Below are positions 62,915 through 64,000 of a stretch of 64,000 nucleotides of DNA, in pieces. A model generated the notes under the pieces. The model made no database searches, was not told the DNA's origin, and worked only from the letters and a program-made list of their open reading frames with translations. A program made the position numbers and the translations under genes. Position 1 is the stretch's first letter; each line of letters opens with the position of its first letter. The DNA comes from Selaginella moellendorffii. Lineage: Eukaryota > Plantae > Lycopodiophyta. The stretch spans positions 2,648,623 to 2,712,622 of the forward strand of contig NW_003314274.1 in NCBI RefSeq assembly GCF_000143415.4, in the 5' to 3' direction.

Positions 62915-64000
62915 TATGAGACACAAAATCCCTAGGCCCCAAAGTGGAGCCGGAAGGGCGCCACGTGGTAGTGGCCGAAGTGAAACCCAAATAAGCGTAA
63001 CACGTTTGGACTAAAAAGCTCCAACTTGATAGGTCGAGAGTGGGAGTGGAACTCTCAACAAAGTGCTTGAGGAATGAGCATGAAGCGAGCAATAAGCGAG
63101 GCTCTAAAAAGGGACCCAAAAAGGACTAAAACATGACATGTGGAAGTGTCCGAGATGGACCCAAGATGGAGTCTGAGATGGAGTCCGAGGTGGACCCGAG
63201 GTGGAGTCCGAGATGGACCCGAGATGGAGTTCGAGATGGAGTCCAAGATGGAGTCCGAGATGGACTCAAGATGGAGTCCGAGATGGACCGAGATAGAGTC
63301 TGAGATGGACCCGAGATGAAGTCCAAGATGGAGTCCGAGATGGACCCGAGATGGAGTCCGAGATGGACCGAGACGGAGTCCAAGATGGACCCGAGATGGA
63401 GTCTGAGATGGAGTCCGAGAAGGACCCAAGATGGAGTCCGAGGTCAAGATCGAGACCGGCACTAAGACCGAGACCGAGACTGAGACCGAGACCGAGACCG
63501 GGACTGGGACCGAGACCGGGACCGAGACCGAGGCCAAGGCCGAGACTGAGCCCGAGTCCGAGTCCAAGTCCGAGTTCGAGTCTGAGAGGGTGAAAGCCCA
63601 AAGCGTTCGTCTCCCAGACCTGGGGGGTTTGGTGAGCTCCAAAAGTATAGTAAGTGGGAGGACTGCAGTGGAGCCAGTTTGGCCAGGAAAGGCCAGTTTG
63701 GCCCAGGAAGGCCAAACTCAGTGTTGGGTGATGAACTGACCACTGGGAAGTCCAAGACTAGAGTGAATACAGACCGACAAGCGGGGTAGCTTGGTGAAGT
63801 GTTCAAGAGTGAGCTCTAGTTCCCCCAGGAGATCGACTGGCCGATGCTCCCAGTCCAAGTGTGGGTGGCACTACCTACTTGGATATCTGGCATGGCTCAA
63901 CGGAGCCTCGCTCTAAGCCCATGGCTAGAGCACCCAAAAGCGGAAGGCAGGGAGAGTACCCACGAGGCTTGCGTAAGGCCACGGTGTTCCGAAATGTTGC
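62915..64000 (+). mobile_element. Family-B LTR nested in opposite orientation into another B LTR; runs off the window
   Basis: Starts tatgagacacaaaatccc and is colinear with 23800-24822. Confidence 0.88.

Overview
Eukaryotic, TE-saturated nuclear DNA. It most likely comes from a non-seed land plant with flagellated sperm: there is an intact flagellar DRC5/TCTE1 gene, introns are about 50 nt and CCCTAAA telomere motifs occur. A Selaginella-like host is my inference, not proven. The only clear host gene is DRC5/TCTE1 (1099-2805). Most of 3.1-45.3 kb and 58.4-64 kb is nested, decayed Ty3/gypsy material from at least three LTR families (called A, B and C here), several pol pseudogenes and a chromodomain integrase tail. 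The most notable object is a ~13-kb DNA transposon (45306-58369) with perfect 24-bp TIRs and a 4-bp CTAA TSD, inserted in a family-A LTR. It carries a decayed Sola-like DDD transposase on the + strand. On the - strand it carries a reconstructable ~1,750-aa multi-exon accessory gene: ParB/Srx-like domain, degenerate DNA-methyltransferase-like domain, low-complexity linker, FCP1-like HAD phosphatase. About 30-35 copies of a 22-bp palindrome (ATGGCRTGWGGCCWCAYGCCAT) lie along the element, many of them one per tiny phase-1 intron, and there is also an ~870-bp spacerless fold-back. Together these suggest an undescribed transposon-encoded protein/cognate-palindrome system. All domain calls are by-eye motif matches; no searches were run.
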